Assembly: GCA_025055595.1 (NCBI GenBank)
Contig: JANWWU010000078.1
Span: forward strand, 16,257 to 80,256
DNA: 64,000 bases
Origin: Planctomycetota bacterium
GTDB lineage: Bacteria; Planctomycetota; UBA11346
Reading direction: 5' to 3'
Positions 11,826 through 24,293 of the stretch are shown piece after piece. The stretch's first letter is position 1; the number at the start of each line of letters is the position of its first letter. The notes below the pieces were generated by a model. The model did not search any database, was not told where the DNA came from, and saw only the letters and a program-made list of their open reading frames with translations. Made by a program: the position numbers and the translations under genes.

Positions 11826-13759
11826 CCGGAGATCCGCCGGAAGGGGATGATGCGCGCCGCGTCCTCGAGCAGGGCGCGGATGCGCGCGGCGATGCTCGCT
11901 GCATCGAGGCCCTGCGCCGCGAGCTGCTCCTCGCGCGTCGCGTGCGGCACCAGCTCGTCGCGCACGCCGAGCCGCTCCATGCGCAGGGCGAGTCCGAGAT
12001 CGACGACGGCCTCGGCGACGATCGAGCCGAAGCCGCCGGGCAGAGCGTGGTCTTCGACGCTCAGCAGCAGGCGGTGCTGGGCTGCGAGCTCGAGCAGCAG
12101 CTCGCTGTCGAAGGGCTTGGCGAAGCGGGCATCGACGAGGGTCACCTGCTGGCCGAGCTCGCCGAGGGCCTGCACGGCCAGCCACGCCTGGGCGACCGCC
12201 GCCCCGTAGGCCCAGACCATCAGCGGGCCATCCCCGCGCTGCAGGACCTCGGCCCGGCCGAGGACCAGCGGCGCCGGCTCGCCGCCCCAGGCGATCGTCG
12301 GAGCCTCGCCCTTCGGATAGCGGATTAGGTAGCCGGCGGCGCGCTGCGGACCCTGGCGGTGCTGGTGGCACCAGCGCAGCATCGCGGCCAGCCGCTCGCC
12401 GTCGCGCGGCGCCATCAGCACCAGGCCGGGCAGGCAGCGGCTCCAGGCGATGTCGTAGAGGCCCTGATGGGTCTCGCCGTCCTCGCCGACGAGCCCGGCG
12501 CGATCGAGGGTGACGATGATCCCGAGATCGCGCGCCAGGCAGATCTCCTGGAACAGCTGGTCGTAGCCGCGCTGAGCGAAGGTGCTGTAGTGGGCGAGGA
12601 ACGGCCGCAGGCCGGCGATCGCCAGCCCCTGGACGAAGGCGAAGCTGTGCTGCTCGCAGATGCCGACGTCGTACATCCGGTCGGGGAAGCGCTCGGCGAA
12701 CTGGCGCAGCGCGGTCCCGCTCGGCATCGCCGCCGTCACCGCCACCACCTTGTCGTCGGCGGCCGCGATCTCGCCCAGCGTCGCGGCGTAGATCTGCGCG
12801 TAGGTCGGCGCCGCGGGGCGCGCCGCCGCGAACTCCCCGCTGATGACATTGAAGCCCTTCGGTCCGTGGTATTTCAGCGGGTCGCGCAGCGCCGGCTCCC
12901 AGCCCCCGCCCTTCTTGGTCAGCACATGGAGCAGGACGGGGCCGGAGAGGCGCGAGACATTGCGCAGCGCCTCCTCGACCTGCTCGAGGTGGTGGCCATC
13001 GACCGGCCCGAAGTAGCGGAAGCCGAGGTCCTCGAAGATGTAGCCGGGGCTGATCGCCTTGTGCGCGGCGTGCTCGAGCTGCTCGGCGAGCTTCTCGATC
13101 TGCCGCCCGGCCGGCAGGCGCCGCAGGGCCTCGAGGAAGCGCTGGCGCAGGTGCTGATAGAGGGTGCCGGTGCGGATGCGGTCGAGGTGGCGATGCAGGG
13201 CCCCGGTCGGAGCATCGATGAACTGGCCGTTGTCGTTGAGGACGACGATCAGGTCGACGCCGAGCTGCCCGGCGTTGATCAGGCCCTCGTAGGCCATGCC
13301 GCCGGTCAGCGCGCCGTCGCCGATGACGACGACGGTGGCGCGGCGCAGGGCGCGGCGGCGGTAGCCCTCGGCGACGCCGACGCCGGTCGAGATCGCCGTG
13401 CTGCTGTGCCCGACCTTGGCGAGGTCGAAGGGGCTCTCGCGCGGATCGGGAAAGCCGCTGAGCCCGCCCTGGCGGCGGATGGTGTGGAAGCGCTCGGCGC
13501 GGCCGGTCAGCAGCTTGTGCGCATAGGCCTGATGCCCGACGTCCCACAGCAGGCGATCGCTCGTGAAGTCGAAGACGCGGTGCAGAGCGATCGTCAGCTC
13601 GACGGTGCCGAGGTTGCTCGCGAGGTGGCCGCCGTTGGCCGAGACGACCTCGCGGATGCGCAGGCGGATCTCTGCGGCGAGCTGCGCCAGCTGCTCGCCG
13701 CTCAGCTTGCGCAGGTCCGCGGGGCTGATCAGGGCGTCAAGCAGCGGCGCCGGCGTCAT
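11822..13759 (-). CDS. dxs: 1-deoxy-D-xylulose-5-phosphate synthase
   Basis: MTPAPLLDALISPADLRKL..., the TPP-binding motif GDGALTGGMAYEGLINAG, and transketolase-like C-terminal domains. The start is taken at residue 49 of the track ORF; an alternative Met lies 17 codons upstream. Confidence 0.9.
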   Translation of the reverse strand: MTPAPLLDALISPADLRKLSGEQLAQLAAEIRLRIREVVSANGGHLASNLGTVELTIALHRVFDFTSDRLLWDVGHQAYAHKLLTGRAERFHTIRRQGGLSGFPDPRESPFDLAKVGHSSTAISTGVGVAEGYRRRALRRATVVVIGDGALTGGMAYEGLINAGQLGVDLIVVLNDNGQFIDAPTGALHRHLDRIRTGTLYQHLRQRFLEALRRLPAGRQIEKLAEQLEHAAHKAISPGYIFEDLGFRYFGPVDGHHLEQVEEALRNVSRLSGPVLLHVLTKKGGGWEPALRDPLKYHGPKGFNVISGEFAAARPAAPTYAQIYAATLGEIAAADDKVVAVTAAMPSGTALRQFAERFPDRMYDVGICEQHSFAFVQGLAIAGLRPFLAHYSTFAQRGYDQLFQEICLARDLGIIVTLDRAGLVGEDGETHQGLYDIAWSRCLPGLVLMAPRDGERLAAMLRWCHQHRQGPQRAAGYLIRYPKGEAPTIAWGGEPAPLVLGRAEVLQRGDGPLMVWAYGAAVAQAWLAVQALGELGQQVTLVDARFAKPFDSELLLELAAQHRLLLSVEDHALPGGFGSIVAEAVVDLGLALRMERLGVRDELVPHATREEQLAAQGLDAASIAARIRALLEDAARIIPFRRISG

Positions 13760-13826
13760 GCCGGCAAGGCAGCGCCCGACCGCGCCGGTGCTCTCCGCGC
13801 CGCCCGCCATGCGCGGCGCCTCGCTC

Positions 13827-15182
13827 TCACTCGATGACGATGTCACCGATCTGCGCCAGGGTCTGGATGGTGAAGGCCTCGGCGGCGACGGCCTCGCCGA
13901 CATTGCCGGCGAGATCGGCGGCTGTCACCTTGATGCGCGCGCTCTTCGTCGCCGCGACATCGTTCGGGATCTGGAAGCGGAAGGCCTGGTCGTGCGGCAG
14001 GTTGCGCCCGAGCTCGACCCACGGCTTGCCGCTCTCCATCTGCCACAGGACGCTGATGCTGTTGGGCTGGAGATTGGCGTCCTTCACCGTGAACACGACC
14101 TGCACGCGGTCGCCGGGCTTGAAGTCGCGGCGTCCGGGCGCCGGGGCCGCGGCGTCGCTGATGCCGATGGCGCTGGCCAGCAGCACGGTCGGCGCGCTGG
14201 TATCGACGATGATCGTCTCGCCGACCTTGCCCTGCGGGGCCTGCGTGACATTGCCGGCGCCGTCGGTGGCGACGACATACAGGCGGAACACGCCGTCCTG
14301 CGGCGCGCGCCAGCTCACCTGCTTGAAGGGCGCGGCGATCGTCGGGCCCTCGACCCAGCTGACGCCGTCGTCCTGGCTGACCCACAGCCGCGCCGCGCTC
14401 AGGCCCGCCGGGCCCTGATCGTTGACCTCGAGGTCGAGCGCCGTCTCCTGACGGTTGCTGATCGCCGGACCGAGCACTCGCCCGCGCGGCCGGATCGAAT
14501 CGACGAGGATGCCGGCGACATCGGCGAAGCCGACATTCCCGGCCTTGTCGGCGGCCTCGATGCGCAGCACGCCGGTCGTCGTCATGTCGCGCGGCACCGT
14601 CCACTCGAAGCTGCCGGCGTTCGCCAGCTCGCTCGCCACCGTCGCCCAGCTCGCGCCGCCGTCGACCGACCAGCGGATCGCGATCGGCGCCGTGCGCAGG
14701 TAGGCGTCGCTCGCCGTCCAGCGCACCGTGTACTTGTCGCCGCCGCGCAGCTTGGCGCCGGCGCCGGGGAAGCCGATCGCCACCCGCGGGCTGCTGCGGT
14801 CGATGATGAACTCCTTGTGGGCCTTGATCTTGTCAGGCTCGCGCGCGGGGTCGGCGCTCGGCAGGCCGGAGGTCAGCACGACCTGGAGATGGACCTGCCA
14901 GTGGCCCTCCGGCGGCGCCCACACCACTGGCGTGCCCTTGGGGTAGGCCTGGCCGTGGCGCTGCCACGCGCCCCAGTTCCCGTTGTCGAAGCCGCGGTAC
15001 CACAGGACATAGCGATCGAGCCCCTCGGGATCGGCCTTCGGCGTCAGCGTCCGCTCCTTGACGTTGCTGACCTCGATCTCGCGGGTGCCGTCGCGGAACG
15101 GCTCGGGGTCCAAGGGTTTCGGACGCGCCTCGCCGGCGCTGAGCAGAGCGAGGGCGCACAGGGGAAGGAGGGGACGCAGCAT
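13827..15182 (-). CDS. secreted protein with BNR/Asp-box-like repeats
   Basis: Signal peptide MLRPLLPLCALALLSAGEA. Repeated S-x-D-x-G-x-x-W motifs (SVDGGASW, SQDDGVSW, ESGKPW) in tandem Ig/beta domains. The upstream 120 codons of the track ORF are Arg-rich junk. Confidence 0.65.
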   Translation of the reverse strand: MLRPLLPLCALALLSAGEARPKPLDPEPFRDGTREIEVSNVKERTLTPKADPEGLDRYVLWYRGFDNGNWGAWQRHGQAYPKGTPVVWAPPEGHWQVHLQVVLTSGLPSADPAREPDKIKAHKEFIIDRSSPRVAIGFPGAGAKLRGGDKYTVRWTASDAYLRTAPIAIRWSVDGGASWATVASELANAGSFEWTVPRDMTTTGVLRIEAADKAGNVGFADVAGILVDSIRPRGRVLGPAISNRQETALDLEVNDQGPAGLSAARLWVSQDDGVSWVEGPTIAAPFKQVSWRAPQDGVFRLYVVATDGAGNVTQAPQGKVGETIIVDTSAPTVLLASAIGISDAAAPAPGRRDFKPGDRVQVVFTVKDANLQPNSISVLWQMESGKPWVELGRNLPHDQAFRFQIPNDVAATKSARIKVTAADLAGNVGEAVAAEAFTIQTLAQIGDIVIE

Positions 15183-15190
15183 AAGCGGAC

Positions 15191-15934
15191 TCACTGCAGT
15201 GTGTGGATGGCGGCACGAAAGAAACGGACGCCGTCGCCCTCGGGGCGCGGCGCCTCGCGCGTCCAGCGCGGGTGGTTCTCCCAGCGCAGGAAGCGCTCGG
15301 GATGGGGCATGAGACCGAAGACGCGGCCGCTCGCATCGCAGATGCCGGCGACCGCGCGCGCGCTGCCGTTGTGGCAGGTGTCGGAGCTGTAGCGCAGGCA
15401 GAGCTGCCCCGCCTGCTCCAGGCGCTCGAGCACCGCCTCGCTGGCGACGAAACGGCCCTCGGCGTGGGCGACCGGCAGCTCGACCTCCTGATCGTCGGCG
15501 ATCCACACGCAGCGCCGCGGGTCGCCGCGGCAGCGCACCCAACGGTCTTCGTAGACCCCGCTGCGGTTGTCGGTCAGCGTCGCCTGCTGCTCGCAGCGCC
15601 CGTCGAGGCGCGGCAGCAGCCCGCTCTTGACGAGGACCTGGAAGCCGTTGCAGATGCCGATGACCAGCCCGCCGCGCTCGATGAACTCGAGCAGCGCCTC
15701 GCGCAGGCAGGTCCGCAGCTCGTTGGCCAGCACCCGCCCGCTGGCGATGTCATCGCCGTAGCTGAAGCCGCCGGGGATGGCGAGCACCTGGTAGGCGCGC
15801 AGCCGCTGCGGCTGCTCGCGCAGCCGCAGGATGTGCACGGTCTCCGCCTGCGCGCCGACCAGCGTGAAGGCGTAGGCGGTCTCGGCGTCGCAGTTGGTCC
15901 CGGCCGCGCGCAGGACGCACACCCTCGGTGGCAT
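15191..15934 (-). CDS. purQ: phosphoribosylformylglycinamidine synthase subunit PurQ (glutaminase)
   Basis: GGFSYGD, the catalytic Cys in GICNGFQ, and HAEGRF. The size of 247 aa is consistent with PurQ. Confidence 0.9.
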   Translation of the reverse strand: MPPRVCVLRAAGTNCDAETAYAFTLVGAQAETVHILRLREQPQRLRAYQVLAIPGGFSYGDDIASGRVLANELRTCLREALLEFIERGGLVIGICNGFQVLVKSGLLPRLDGRCEQQATLTDNRSGVYEDRWVRCRGDPRRCVWIADDQEVELPVAHAEGRFVASEAVLERLEQAGQLCLRYSSDTCHNGSARAVAGICDASGRVFGLMPHPERFLRWENHPRWTREAPRPEGDGVRFFRAAIHTLQ

Positions 15935-15967
15935 GGATCGTGCGATTAGACGGCAGCGGCCGGCTGG

Positions 15968-16561
15968 TCAACGCGGAGCGCAGGCGTCGTCGTCCCGCAG
16001 GCGCGCGCGCAGCAGGCGCAGGGCGTGAAACATCCGGCTGCGCAAAGTGCCGGGGCTGATCCCGCCGAGCACCGCGCTCGCCTCCTCGTAGCTCAGCTCC
16101 TGGTAGACGATCAGCTCGATGATCTCGCGATAGATCTGTGGCAGCTCGCTGACCGCCCGCGCCACCCGCGCCTTGGCCTCGGCGCCGAACAGCGCGGCCT
16201 CGACCGGCGGCAGGCGGGCATCGGCCGGCTCGGCGATCCCGCCCTCCTCATCGAGATCGGCGAAGGAGACCTGCACGCGCCGCTGGCGCGCGCGCAGCCG
16301 ATCGAGCGCGGCGTGCCGCGCCACCGCGTAGAGCCAGGTCGCGAAGCGGCGCCGGCTGTCGAAGCGCTCGGCGCGGGTGAACAGCTTGAGGAAGACATCG
16401 TGGGCGATGCAGCCGGCCTCGTCGTAGTCGCGGACGATCTGCCAGAGGTAGGCGAGAATCGGGCGACGATAGCGCTCGTAGAGCGCAGCGAAGGCCTCGA
16501 GATCGCCGTCGCGGCAGCGCTCCGCCAGCACCTCGTCGCGCTCCTCGCCCGGTCCCGGCAT
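15968..16561 (-). CDS. RNA polymerase sigma-70 factor, ECF subfamily
   Basis: Internal Met MPGPGEERDEVLAERCRDGDLEAFAALYERYRRPILAYL... (sigma region 2) and a region-4 HTH ELSYEEASAVLGGISPGTLRSRMFHAL. The ATG overlaps the stop of the upstream hotdog gene by 1 nt. Confidence 0.85.
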   Translation of the reverse strand: MPGPGEERDEVLAERCRDGDLEAFAALYERYRRPILAYLWQIVRDYDEAGCIAHDVFLKLFTRAERFDSRRRFATWLYAVARHAALDRLRARQRRVQVSFADLDEEGGIAEPADARLPPVEAALFGAEAKARVARAVSELPQIYREIIELIVYQELSYEEASAVLGGISPGTLRSRMFHALRLLRARLRDDDACAPR

Positions 16562-17457
16562 CAGGCGAGCGCAGCCTCGATCAGCAGCGCCTCGCCGGGG
16601 CGCACGGGGCTGCGGAAGGCGATGCGCTGGAGCGCCGCCAGGCGCGGGACGCCGCCGTCCTCGATGAGCTGCAGGCCGCGGACCTCGGCGACCTCGCGGC
16701 CGTCGGCGCGCTGCACCCGGCCGTCGGCGGCGCCGGCGCGCTGCCCGAGCCGCTCGAGGGCGACGAGCGCGGCGTCGGCGACCGCGGCCAGCTGGGTGAC
16801 GCCCATCATCAGCGGCGCTCCCGGGAAGTGGCCGGGGACGAAGGGGTGATCGGGGGGGTAGGTGTAGGCGCAGTGCACGCGGCGCGCTTCCGCGCGCCAC
16901 GCGACGACGCCGTCGACGAAGCGCAGGTGCCGCGGCTTCCACGGCCAGTCGGCGAGCGCCGCCGCCGCCGGCGGCGGCGCCGGGCAGGGCGGCTCGCCGG
17001 CGATCGCGGCGAGCTCGGCAGCGCCGCTCATCACCTCGGCTTCGAGGACGCAGCGCCCGGCGCACTGCGCGCTGGTCGCGAAGACGGTGAAGGGCGGCCG
17101 CTCGCGGACGATCCGCGCCTCGCCCAGGAGCTCCTCGGCCGACGGCGCGAGGCCGTGGATGGCGACGCGCGCGATCGCGCTGAACACCGCCGCCTGGCCG
17201 GGCGCCAGGCGCGCGGCGATCAGCGGGATGCCGGCCAGGGCCAGGAACTCGAGCACGAAGGGCTCGTACCAGCAGGGCGTGCCGTCGCCGGCACGGCGCA
17301 TGAACACCGTTCGCCCGCGCTCATCGCCGGCCGGCACGCGCACCCGCGCGGTCGACGAGCGGCCGTCGTCGGCGACGACGACCTCGTCGGGGATCAGGTT
17401 GCAGCCGCGATGCGGCAGGACGGCGGCGAGGGCAGCGGGATCGAGCAGGCGCGGCAT
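16561..17457 (-). CDS. tandem hotdog-fold FabA/FabZ-like beta-hydroxyacyl-ACP dehydratase family protein
   Basis: The N-terminal half begins LPHRGCNLIPDEVVV (FabZ-like LPHR..LLVDRV). The C-terminal half carries HPFVPGHFPGAPLMMGVTQLAAVADA (the FabZ catalytic GHFP..P.MPGV motif). The start is taken at MPRLLDPAAL (residue 195 of the track ORF); the upstream residues are junk. Confidence 0.6.
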   Translation of the reverse strand: MPRLLDPAALAAVLPHRGCNLIPDEVVVADDGRSSTARVRVPAGDERGRTVFMRRAGDGTPCWYEPFVLEFLALAGIPLIAARLAPGQAAVFSAIARVAIHGLAPSAEELLGEARIVRERPPFTVFATSAQCAGRCVLEAEVMSGAAELAAIAGEPPCPAPPPAAAALADWPWKPRHLRFVDGVVAWRAEARRVHCAYTYPPDHPFVPGHFPGAPLMMGVTQLAAVADAALVALERLGQRAGAADGRVQRADGREVAEVRGLQLIEDGGVPRLAALQRIAFRSPVRPGEALLIEAALA

Positions 17458-17533
17458 GGGGCGAGGCTCGGGAGGCGGCGCGCGGTGCAAGCTTGCGCGC
17501 CGCGCGGACTGGCGTCCCGCTCGCGGCGGCAGA

Positions 17534-18589
17534 ATGCTTGCCATGTCGCTCGCCGAGCTGACCGCCGCCCTCGACCGCGTCGAGGACCCCGACCTCCATC
17601 GCGGCCTGGTGTCGCTCGGCATGGTGCGCCAGGTGACGCTGATCGATGGCGTGGCGTCCTTCGACCTCGTCCTGACGACGAACGCCTGCCCGGCCAAGCA
17701 GCAGCTCGAGGAGGCCTGCCGCCAGGCGGCGCTCGCCGTGCCCGGGGTGCGCGCGGTGCAGATCCGGGTCTCGGCCGAGGTCCCGCCGGCGCGCGCGCGC
17801 GCCGAGCTGGCGCCCGGCGTCCGCCACCTCATCGCCATCGGCTCGGGCAAGGGCGGGGTCGGCAAGAGCACCGTCGCCGTCAACCTCGCCTGCGCGCTCG
17901 CCGCGCTCGGCAGCCGCGTCGGCCTGCTCGACGCCGACATCCATGGTCCGAGCGTGCCGATGATGCTCGGCCACGACCTGCAGCCGGAGGTCGAGCAGCG
18001 CAAGATCGTGCCGCCTGCGGCGCATGGCGTGCGCTTCATCTCGATGGGCCTGCTGATCCCCGAGGGCCAGGCGGTGATCTGGCGCGGGCCGATGCTGCAG
18101 GGCGCGCTGCGGCAGTTCTTCGCCGATGTCGCCTGGGGCGACCTCGACTATCTGCTGATCGACCTCCCGCCCGGCACCGGCGATGTGCAGATCTCGCTCT
18201 CCTCGCTGGTGCCGCTGGCTGGCGCCGTCGTCGTCAGCACCCCGCAGTCGGTCGCGCTGCTCGATGCCCGGCGCGCGGCCGCGATGTTCGAGAAAGTGCA
18301 GGTGCCGATCCTCGGCATCATCGAGAACATGGCGGAGTTCATCTGCCCGGAGTGCGGACACCGCGCGCGGATCTTCGGGCACGGCGGCGCGGAGGCCGAG
18401 GCGGCGCAGCTCGGCGTGCCCTTCCTCGGCCGCCTGCCGCTCGAGCCGGCGGTGCGCGCCTGCGGCGACGAGGGCGAGCCGATCGTCGTCCGCGCGCCGC
18501 ACTCGCCGGCCGGCAGCGCCTTCCGCGCCATCGCCCAGCGCCTGGCGGCGCAGCTGAGCACCCGCGCGCTGCGCGAGGAGCGGCGATGA
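17534..18589 (+). CDS. mrp: Fe-S cluster carrier ATPase Mrp/ApbC/NBP35 with an N-terminal DUF59 (MIP18-like) domain
   Basis: IAIGSGKGGVGKST (deviant Walker A), and the Cys pair in FICPECGHRARIF. The start is an internal Met (residue 150 of the track ORF); an alternative lies 3 codons downstream. Confidence 0.9.
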   Translation: MLAMSLAELTAALDRVEDPDLHRGLVSLGMVRQVTLIDGVASFDLVLTTNACPAKQQLEEACRQAALAVPGVRAVQIRVSAEVPPARARAELAPGVRHLIAIGSGKGGVGKSTVAVNLACALAALGSRVGLLDADIHGPSVPMMLGHDLQPEVEQRKIVPPAAHGVRFISMGLLIPEGQAVIWRGPMLQGALRQFFADVAWGDLDYLLIDLPPGTGDVQISLSSLVPLAGAVVVSTPQSVALLDARRAAAMFEKVQVPILGIIENMAEFICPECGHRARIFGHGGAEAEAAQLGVPFLGRLPLEPAVRACGDEGEPIVVRAPHSPAGSAFRAIAQRLAAQLSTRALREERR

Positions 18590-19023
18590 GCCGCTGGCCG
18601 CGCCGGATGGCGGCGCTGCGCTCGCTGCTCGCGGCCCTGCTGTCCTCCGCCCTCGCCGGCGAGGAGCCGGCGCCCGGTCCGGCGCCGCTTCTCCTCTACG
18701 CATTCTACGACCGCACGCGCCCCTGCTGCGCGACGGCGGCCCTCGCCGGCATTGCGCACCTGCGCGAGGCGCTCGGACAGCGGCAGGAAGTCGCGCTGCT
18801 GCTCGTCGATGTCACGCCCGGCGCGACGCCGGCGGAGGCGCGGGCCGCGGCCGCCGCCGCCGGCCTGGCCGATGCCGAGCTGCGCTGCGATCCGCAGCGC
18901 GCCCTCGCCGCCAGCCTCGGCATCGCGATCGAGGGCGCGATCGTCTACGGCCTGTGCCGCCCGGGCGAGCCGCCGCTCGTCCTGCGCTCGCCAGCGGAGG
19001 TGCAGCGCGCGCTCGCGCGCTGA
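18586..19023 (+). CDS. hypothetical secreted protein (145 aa)
   Basis: The ATG overlaps the mrp stop (ATGA). MSRWPRRMAALRSLLAALLSSALAGEEPA is signal-like. The gene is in frame with the tail of track ORF 16828..19023, whose upstream part is a shadow. Confidence 0.45.
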   Translation: MSRWPRRMAALRSLLAALLSSALAGEEPAPGPAPLLLYAFYDRTRPCCATAALAGIAHLREALGQRQEVALLLVDVTPGATPAEARAAAAAAGLADAELRCDPQRALAASLGIAIEGAIVYGLCRPGEPPLVLRSPAEVQRALAR

Positions 19024-19764
19024 TCAGGCGAGCAGGGCCTTCATCTCGCGGACCGCGCGTTCGATGCCGACGAGCACCGCCCGGCTGACGATGCTGTGCC
19101 CGATGTTGACCTCGCGCAGACCCGGCAGGACGAGCAGGCCGCGGACATTGTGGTAGTTCAGGCCATGCCCGGCGTGCAGGCGCAGGCCGCGGGCGCCGGC
19201 CTCGTGGGCGGCGGCGAGCAGGCGCTGCTGCTCGCGCGCCAGCCGCGGATCGTCGTCGCGGCCGCGGCAGGCCGCCCAGGCCTCGGCCCAGCTGCCGGTA
19301 TGCAGCTCGACGGCGTCGGCGCCGAGCGCCGCCGCCGCCGCGACCGCCGCCGGCTCGGGCTCGATGAACAGGCTGACCAGGCAGCCGCGGGCGCGCAGGC
19401 GCTCGATCACCGCGCGCAGCCGCTGGTCGTCGGCGGAGACCGCCAGCCCGCCTTCGGTCGTGATCTCCGCGCGGTGCTCCGGCACCAGGCACACCTGGTC
19501 GGGACCGACCTCGAGCGCGAGCTCGAGCACCCCGCCGCCCTCGCGCGGCGCCAGCTCGAGGTTGAGCACCCCGCGGACGGTCTGCCGCAGCAGGCGCAGG
19601 TCGCGGTCCTGGATGTGCCGGCGGTCCTCGCGCACATGCACCGTGATGCCGTCGGCGCCGCCGAGCTCGGCGAGCACCGCGGCGTGGACGGGATCGGGCT
19701 CGACGCTGCGTCGCGCCTGCCGCACCGTCGCGACATGGTCGATGTTCACCCCGAGGTGGATCAT
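19024..19764 (-). CDS. pdxJ: pyridoxine 5'-phosphate synthase
   Basis: [19 protein letters not shown]... is the PdxJ N-terminal signature. The start is taken at residue 12 of the track ORF (the track's M is a TTG). Confidence 0.9.
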   Translation of the reverse strand: MIHLGVNIDHVATVRQARRSVEPDPVHAAVLAELGGADGITVHVREDRRHIQDRDLRLLRQTVRGVLNLELAPREGGGVLELALEVGPDQVCLVPEHRAEITTEGGLAVSADDQRLRAVIERLRARGCLVSLFIEPEPAAVAAAAALGADAVELHTGSWAEAWAACRGRDDDPRLAREQQRLLAAAHEAGARGLRLHAGHGLNYHNVRGLLVLPGLREVNIGHSIVSRAVLVGIERAVREMKALLA

Positions 19765-19841
19765 GCTGCAAGCCTCGCCGCCGGCGGGCGGCGGCAAGGC
19801 GGGCGCCCTTGAGCCAGCGCTCGCACGGCAAGCATGCCGGC

Positions 19842-21071
19842 ATGGACGGCGAGCAGCGCTGGGCGGCGCAGCGACGAGAGCTGGCGGAGGCCCTGCAGGC
19901 CCTGCGCGCGCAGGGGCGCCTGCGCCAGCGTCCGCTGATCGACAGCCGCGGCGGCAGCTCGGTCATCGTCTGCCGCGACGGCGCGCGGCGGCGCGTGATC
20001 AACTGGGCGAGCAACGACTACCTCGGGCTGTCGCGCCAGCTCAAGGTGCGCAACGGCGCGGCGCGCGCCCTGCGCCGCTACGGTCCGGGAGCGACGGCAG
20101 CGCGCCTGCTCGCCGGCTCCCCGCGCTGCCATCGCCGCCTCGAGGAGCGCCTCGCGTCCTGGGTCGGCGCCGAGGACGCCCTGCTCGTCACCACCGGTTA
20201 CCAGGCCAACCTCGCAGCGCTGGTCGCCCTCGTCTACGGCACCCACGATGCGGCGGTGATCCTCGACCGGCTCTGCCACGCCTCGCTCTACGACGGCGCG
20301 CGGCTCGCTGGGGCGCAGCTGCTGCGCTTCGCCCACAACGACCTGGCCGACCTGGCGCGGCGCCTCGCGCAGTGCCGCGGCGCGCGCCGGCGCATCGTCG
20401 TCGTCGAGAGCGTCTACTCGATGGACGGCGACGAGGCGCCGCTGGTCGAGATCGCGGCGCTGTGCCGCGCCGAGGGCGCCCTGCTGGTCGTCGACGAGGC
20501 CCACGCGATCGGCGTCTTCGGCCCCGCCGGCCGCGGCCTGTGCGCCGCGCACGGCGTCAAGCCCGACCTGCTGACCTTCACCTGCTCCAAGGCCCTGGCC
20601 AGCCAGGGCGGGGTGATCGCCGGCGACGCGGAGCTGATCGCGCTCGTCGTCAACGCCGGACGCGCCTTCATCTACACGACGGCGCCGGTGCCGGCGGCCA
20701 GCGGCGCCGCGGTCGCCGCGCTCGACTGCCTGCGCGAGCGGCCCGGGCTGCCGGCCGAGGCCCTGGCCGCCGCCGCCGAGGTGCGCGCCGCACTTGTCGC
20801 CCAGGGCTGGCAGGTGCCGGCCGGGCGCTCGCCGATCATCCCGCTGCTCGTCGGCGACGAGGCGAGCGCCCTGCGCCTCGCCGAGGAGCTGTTCGCGGCC
20901 GGACACTGGGCCCCCGCCATCCGTCCGCCGACGGTGCCGCCGGGACAGTGCCGGCTGCGCCTGACGGTCACCGCCGGACACACGCCGCGCGATCGCCGGC
21001 GATTGATCGCCGCGCTGGCGGCGGCGCGTGCCCGCTTCGCGCCTGCGGCCGGGACGCCATCGCCATGCTGA
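19842..21071 (+). CDS. PLP-dependent alpha-oxoamine synthase family protein (8-amino-7-oxononanoate synthase-like, class II aminotransferase)
   Basis: [10 protein letters not shown], the PLP-Lys region [13 protein letters not shown], and a DEAHA motif. BioF, Kbl and SPT cannot be distinguished without a search. The start could instead be the track M at 19809. Confidence 0.75.
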   Translation: MDGEQRWAAQRRELAEALQALRAQGRLRQRPLIDSRGGSSVIVCRDGARRRVINWASNDYLGLSRQLKVRNGAARALRRYGPGATAARLLAGSPRCHRRLEERLASWVGAEDALLVTTGYQANLAALVALVYGTHDAAVILDRLCHASLYDGARLAGAQLLRFAHNDLADLARRLAQCRGARRRIVVVESVYSMDGDEAPLVEIAALCRAEGALLVVDEAHAIGVFGPAGRGLCAAHGVKPDLLTFTCSKALASQGGVIAGDAELIALVVNAGRAFIYTTAPVPAASGAAVAALDCLRERPGLPAEALAAAAEVRAALVAQGWQVPAGRSPIIPLLVGDEASALRLAEELFAAGHWAPAIRPPTVPPGQCRLRLTVTAGHTPRDRRRLIAALAAARARFAPAAGTPSPC

Positions 21072-21724
21072 TCGATCTCGTCACGATCTTCCCCGAAGCC
21101 TGCCAGGGCTACCTCGACAGCTCGATCGTCGGCCGCGCACGGCGACGCGGCCTGATCCAGGTCGAGCTCGTCGATCCGCGGCGCTGGGCCGGCGGCCGCC
21201 ACCGCACGGTCGACGATCGCCCCTACGGCGGGGGCCCGGGGATGGTGCTCGCGGCGCCGCCGCTCGCCGGCGCCATCGACTGGTGCTTGACGCGCTCGGC
21301 GCGGCCGCGCCTGCTGCTGACCGATGCCCGCGGCCGCCGCCTCGATCATCCGTGGGTGCGCGAGCTCGCGGCCTGCCCGCACCTGATCATCGTCTGCGGC
21401 CACTACGAGGGGATCGACGAGCGGATCGCCGAGCTCTACCATCCCGAGCGCGTGTCGCTGGGCGAGTTCGTCCTCTCCGGTGGCGAGCTGGTCGCGCTCG
21501 CGATCGTCGACGCCGTCGCCCGCCTGCAGCCGGGGGCCCTCGGCTGCGCCGAGAGCGCCCTGCAGGAGAGCTTCGCCGACGGCTTGACCTACGATCACCC
21601 CTGCTACACGCGGCCCGAGGAGTTCCGCGAGCTGCGCGTGCCGGAGCCGCTGCTCTCCGGCGACCATGCGGCGATCGCCGCCTGGCGCGCGGCGCAGCGT
21701 CGCCGCATCGGCGGCGAGCGCTAG
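21065..21724 (+). CDS. trmD: tRNA (guanine37-N1)-methyltransferase
   Basis: [25 protein letters not shown]..., [14 protein letters not shown] and [12 protein letters not shown]. The ATG overlaps the stop of the preceding gene (ATGCTGA). Confidence 0.9.
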   Translation: MLIDLVTIFPEACQGYLDSSIVGRARRRGLIQVELVDPRRWAGGRHRTVDDRPYGGGPGMVLAAPPLAGAIDWCLTRSARPRLLLTDARGRRLDHPWVRELAACPHLIIVCGHYEGIDERIAELYHPERVSLGEFVLSGGELVALAIVDAVARLQPGALGCAESALQESFADGLTYDHPCYTRPEEFRELRVPEPLLSGDHAAIAAWRAAQRRRIGGER

Positions 21725-21767
21725 CGCGGCGATTTGCACCGCTCCCCCCCCGGGTACGCTGCCCCCG

Positions 21768-24293
<2,526 letters not shown>

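Noticed and set aside
11055-13547. 830-aa minus-strand ORF
   Set aside because: It is an Arg-rich alternate frame over dxs (RRRGLPPPRPAPRHRRRHRRRR...). dxs in the other minus frame has clear TPP-enzyme motifs.
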